NCBI GenBank assembly: GCA_002717515.1
Contig: PBEC01000018.1
Coordinates: 198,630-262,629 of the forward strand
Source: Flavobacteriales bacterium
GTDB lineage: Bacteria > Bacteroidota > Bacteroidia > Flavobacteriales_C > GCA-002722245
DNA: 64,000 bases
Direction: 5' to 3'
The position numbers and the translations under genes were made by a program. Of this stretch, positions 60,981 to 64,000 are shown piece after piece (positions within the stretch are counted from its first letter, which is position 1; each line of letters starts with the position of its first letter). The notes under the pieces were generated by a model, which was given only the letters and a program-made list of their open reading frames with translations, ran no database searches and was not told the origin of the DNA.

Positions 60981-61718
60981 TTAGCCTACAAAATATAATA
61001 GGAGCAACAAAGATAACCACAAAAAATCTAAAAAGTGCCAATAAATTGAACTAACTTGAATTCCAACGATATCATTTTCGTTGTATTTTTTTAGTAAACT
61101 CTTGATTGTCACTACAATTAGAGAAATTATCCCTCCGAGAAGATGGACGAGATGTAAGCCGGTTAACATGTACATCCAGCTGCTTGCAACGTTATCAGCT
61201 CCAACACTGGGATAAAGTGGGATTGAATTGTATTCATCTCTTTTGTCGTAAAAAACACCGTCTACGTATTTAAGCTCATTATCATTCATAAAAACAGTGT
61301 AATCTACTCCGTATTCAACATCTTTGTTGTTGATTAATCCATCAATTTTTACGGCATCGCTTAAATACATTCCTTTCGATTTCATATACTTCCATCCGTC
61401 TCTCTGAAATTTCACAAACAATAAGCCAAGAATTAGTGTAATTATCATAAAGACAGGAAGCAGTTGAAATTTTCCTTTTTTTGCAAATCTTAAGGCAATA
61501 AAGAATGTAATACTACTTAAAATTATTATTCCTGTACTGATGAAAAATTCTTCTGGGACGTTAATGGAAACCCATACAGGACCTGTTTTTGCGATGTAAT
61601 AACCACTTGACAAACCTAGAAAGAGCATAATCATTGAACCTATGGCCAAATAGATCATATTTTTATTTGTCTTCTTTTTAATTTCTAATCTTTCTTCTTT
61701 TGAAATACTACTTCTCAT
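60981..61718 (-). CDS. cytochrome c oxidase subunit III-family protein (second, divergent copy with periplasmic insertion)
   Basis: C-terminal YWHFLDFLWLSLL motif. TM bundle. About 80-aa hydrophilic insertion. Confidence 0.55.
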   Translation of the reverse strand: MRSSISKEERLEIKKKTNKNMIYLAIGSMIMLFLGLSSGYYIAKTGPVWVSINVPEEFFISTGIIILSSITFFIALRFAKKGKFQLLPVFMIITLILGLLFVKFQRDGWKYMKSKGMYLSDAVKIDGLINNKDVEYGVDYTVFMNDNELKYVDGVFYDKRDEYNSIPLYPSVGADNVASSWMYMLTGLHLVHLLGGIISLIVVTIKSLLKKYNENDIVGIQVSSIYWHFLDFLWLSLLLLLYFVG

Positions 61719-61721
61719 AAC

Positions 61722-62633
61722 TTAATAAAATTGATCGGTTAAAAATGTAATAAGTACTAGCGGTAGATATATAAAAGAGGCGAACATTAATTTTGTCGCC
61801 CATTTTTCATTCAAAGTTTTCATTAACATAAAGGCAGGATATAACATTATTATGCCCAGAGATAAAACTATTATACTGGAAATAAAACCTGCAACGCCAA
61901 TTTGTGAATGACAGGGAAGCATTGCTATAGGTATCATAAACAATGTATACAATAGAATTTGAAATGCACTTTTGAAGTCCTTTCCACCAGGCGAAGGTAA
62001 AAGTTGAAAACCTCCTTTTTTATAATCATCATGACATTTCCAGGCTATAGCCCAAAAGTGCGGGAATTGCCACATAAATTGAATGCAGAAAACAGATAGA
62101 GCAGCTGGTGAAATGGCTATTTTATCAGACGCTTCGAATGCAGTCCAACCAATCAAAGGAGGTGCAGCTCCTGGAAAAGCACCTATAAAAACGGCCCATG
62201 GTGTTTTTTGCTTCATGGGCGTATAAATAAAGGAGTATATTGCCAAACTTGATAAACCTAAAATTCCTGTAAGAGGGTTGAGTTTAAACCACAAAATCAG
62301 AGTGCCTAAAACACCTGAAATCAAAGTTATTGACCATGCAGTTTTTAAAGACATTCTTTTTGTTGGTAAAGGCCGGTTTTGCGTTCTAGACATTAATTTA
62401 TCCAGGTCTTTTTCAAAGATTTGATTGAAACCGTTTGAACTTATTGTAACCAACATTCCTCCGAAACATAACCAAATTACAGAATACCAATCAATATCAT
62501 GGTTTCTGTATTTAACAGCTGTTATGTAAGTTATGAACGCAGAAAAGACGACTAAAAGAGCAAGACGAAGTTTGACAAACTCTTTTAAATCATAAGCTAA
62601 ACTGTAATTTTTATCTTTTATTATGCTTTCCAA
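61722..62633 (-). CDS. ctaB: protoheme IX farnesyltransferase (heme O synthase)
   Basis: UbiA-family motifs. MSRTQNRPLP region. 9 TM. Adjacent to the cox genes. Confidence 0.85.
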   Translation of the reverse strand: MESIIKDKNYSLAYDLKEFVKLRLALLVVFSAFITYITAVKYRNHDIDWYSVIWLCFGGMLVTISSNGFNQIFEKDLDKLMSRTQNRPLPTKRMSLKTAWSITLISGVLGTLILWFKLNPLTGILGLSSLAIYSFIYTPMKQKTPWAVFIGAFPGAAPPLIGWTAFEASDKIAISPAALSVFCIQFMWQFPHFWAIAWKCHDDYKKGGFQLLPSPGGKDFKSAFQILLYTLFMIPIAMLPCHSQIGVAGFISSIIVLSLGIIMLYPAFMLMKTLNEKWATKLMFASFIYLPLVLITFLTDQFY

Positions 62634-62702
62634 AACAAATAGAATATACTACAAAGATAGGCCATTTCAAATCAATCAAAAAGCATTATTTATCGAGGTT
62701 CT

Positions 62703-63416
62703 CTATCGCATTCCTGCGGTTGCATACCCACCGAGAACAAAAATCATTTTAATTTGAGGAATTTTTCTCTTATTCAATGATTTATAGTACCACTGTAAAT
62801 GCAATCCACCCCATTTGTAGGCTTTTGAATAGAGTTGCTTTTTATTTTCAGATTCCAGTTTCTTAAGTATTTTTTTTGCAAAACTATGATAATCAAGAGG
62901 TTCAATCTCTTTTCTAACCGGATTAACTTCACTTTTCCTTGGTTTTTTACCATAGAATAATTTGAATTCAGATTTTTTGTTGTTTTTGCTGTAAAAGTAT
63001 TCAGATTTTCCATCATAATCCAACGCTTCATATTCTCCTACAATAGGAACAACTAAACCGCCATCAAACCCCTCGTTTTTTGTTTTAATATACAATGAAC
63101 GATTAATTTTTCTTTCGATGGAGGAAGGGTTTGAAAAACGTTTCAATTCTAATTTGTCTTGAAATTCCAATGATACTTTGTTCAAAGCTGAGTTGAAGCG
63201 AAGGGAGTCAAGTCCCTTTTTTCTTCTTTTATCGTTGACCAATTGAAAAACAGTCTTGTTCAATAAAATATTGTCGAAGGATCTTACACTGATTTTTTTG
63301 GATTTAGCATTTGAGTAGTTTGTTTTTGTTTGACTTTTTATTCTTTTATTAATTTCATCATTATCGAATGTTGCCAGGGAAAAGAGAATTAAAATAGAAA
63401 GAATAGATTTTATCAT
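62703..63416 (-). CDS. hypothetical secreted Lys-rich protein (possibly CAP/SCP-like)
   Basis: Signal peptide. No secure motif. Confidence 0.35.
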   Translation of the reverse strand: MIKSILSILILFSLATFDNDEINKRIKSQTKTNYSNAKSKKISVRSFDNILLNKTVFQLVNDKRRKKGLDSLRFNSALNKVSLEFQDKLELKRFSNPSSIERKINRSLYIKTKNEGFDGGLVVPIVGEYEALDYDGKSEYFYSKNNKKSEFKLFYGKKPRKSEVNPVRKEIEPLDYHSFAKKILKKLESENKKQLYSKAYKWGGLHLQWYYKSLNKRKIPQIKMIFVLGGYATAGMR

Positions 63417-63820
63417 TTTGCTTTAACTTTTTCAAATTTTACTTTGTTGTTTATTCCCCATAAACCTGAATACAAGGTGTCGTTTAAAACTGTGCTAATT
63501 TTATAAATTCCCCTTTCTTTAATGATTTCTTTTGGATTGGACCAAAAATTATATCCCTTTGATACATTCGAAACAAGAACTTTTTGAGGGTGAAACCTTT
63601 TTCCATTTATGTAATAAATTGGTTTTTTAGTCACACCTTTATTAATGAGTAGAGGAGTAGCCATTTGATACAAACCAGGTTTATATATCTTCAAAACTTG
63701 CCGAGATGTTTCACTTTTGTTTACGTTTTTAATTGAATAAAGAGCTTTCGTATTATATATTCTAAAGGCTTCTAAATTCGCCTCAAAATTTTCATATCGA
63801 TTAATAAATAGAGTGTCCAT
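63413..63820 (-). CDS. hypothetical protein (135 aa), 4-nt overlap with the downstream gene
   Basis: ORF only. Basic. No motif. Confidence 0.3.
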   Translation of the reverse strand: MDTLFINRYENFEANLEAFRIYNTKALYSIKNVNKSETSRQVLKIYKPGLYQMATPLLINKGVTKKPIYYINGKRFHPQKVLVSNVSKGYNFWSNPKEIIKERGIYKISTVLNDTLYSGLWGINNKVKFEKVKAK

Positions 63821-64000
63821 TTTAAGCCATTTTTCTTTGCGCTTTTCCAGTGACTTTTTATATTTTCGATACTTGATTTTGTGCCATCTTTGAATTTTTT
63901 TTGCCTTGTAAACGGTAATAAAAGGTAAAGCCTCAATGGAAAAAGTATCTCTTCCTTGAATAAACTGAATTAAATAATTATCGTCATTAGGATTTGGGAA

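Noticed and set aside
1-64000. Searched for CRISPR arrays, tRNAs, rRNAs, IS elements and long direct or inverted repeats
   Set aside because: No regularly spaced repeat arrays, no cloverleaf-like sequences in intergenic regions, and no transposase-like ORFs. The only notable repeats are the short MraZ-box decamers and the homopolymer tracts.

Overview
The window is a 64 kb stretch of AT-rich (roughly one-third GC) chromosomal DNA that looks like a Bacteroidetes/Flavobacteriia core genome. It is densely packed and nearly all housekeeping. There are no rRNA, tRNA, CRISPR, transposon or prophage signatures, and no obvious defence or mobile-element island.

In order along the window:
- 5' end: the 3' end of an RND/MMPL-type transporter, rfbA, an SDR epimerase/dehydratase, a polyprenyl synthase, and an M23 peptidase lipoprotein.
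- A dnaG primase apparently co-transcribed with gliding-motility-like gldB/gldC lipoprotein genes, an outer-membrane beta-barrel protein, and glutamine-dependent nadE.
- aroQ, dtd and rsgA, then a GldA-like ABC ATPase and metK.
- A block with a SAM-dependent methyltransferase, an orphan GldM/PorM-like protein, a CheY-like receiver, and a ferredoxin-reductase-like oxidoreductase divergent from a PlsC-family acyltransferase.
- A LexA-like HTH+S24 repressor next to mfd, then an LD-carboxypeptidase, engB and an alpha/beta hydrolase.
- A complete division and cell-wall (dcw) cluster: mraZ-rsmH-ftsL-ftsI-murE-mraY-murD-ftsW-murG-murC-ftsQ-ftsA-ftsZ, followed by ddl.
- A 1166-aa outer-membrane protein, an OmpA-family lipoprotein, a GreA-like factor and a TPR protein.
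- A split methionine synthase (homocysteine-methyltransferase domain gene plus a pterin/B12/AdoMet-domain gene) preceded by a SAM-I riboswitch.
- A caa3-type cytochrome oxidase accessory cluster: DUF420, SCO1 plus a cysteine-less Sco-like paralogue, CoxIV, two CoxIII-family genes and ctaB.

The most unusual content is in the dcw cluster. An intact stand-alone paralogue of the MurD C-terminal domain, followed by a 43-aa single-TM micro-ORF, lies between murD and ftsW. There is also a triple 10-bp direct-repeat candidate MraZ operator upstream of mraZ.

Other second-look items:
- An orphan GldM-like gene without gldK/L/N.
- A palindromic operator sitting on the start codon of the LexA-like gene.
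- A C10 homopolymer inside mfd.

All homology calls rest on motif and pattern recognition from the translated ORFs. No database search was possible.
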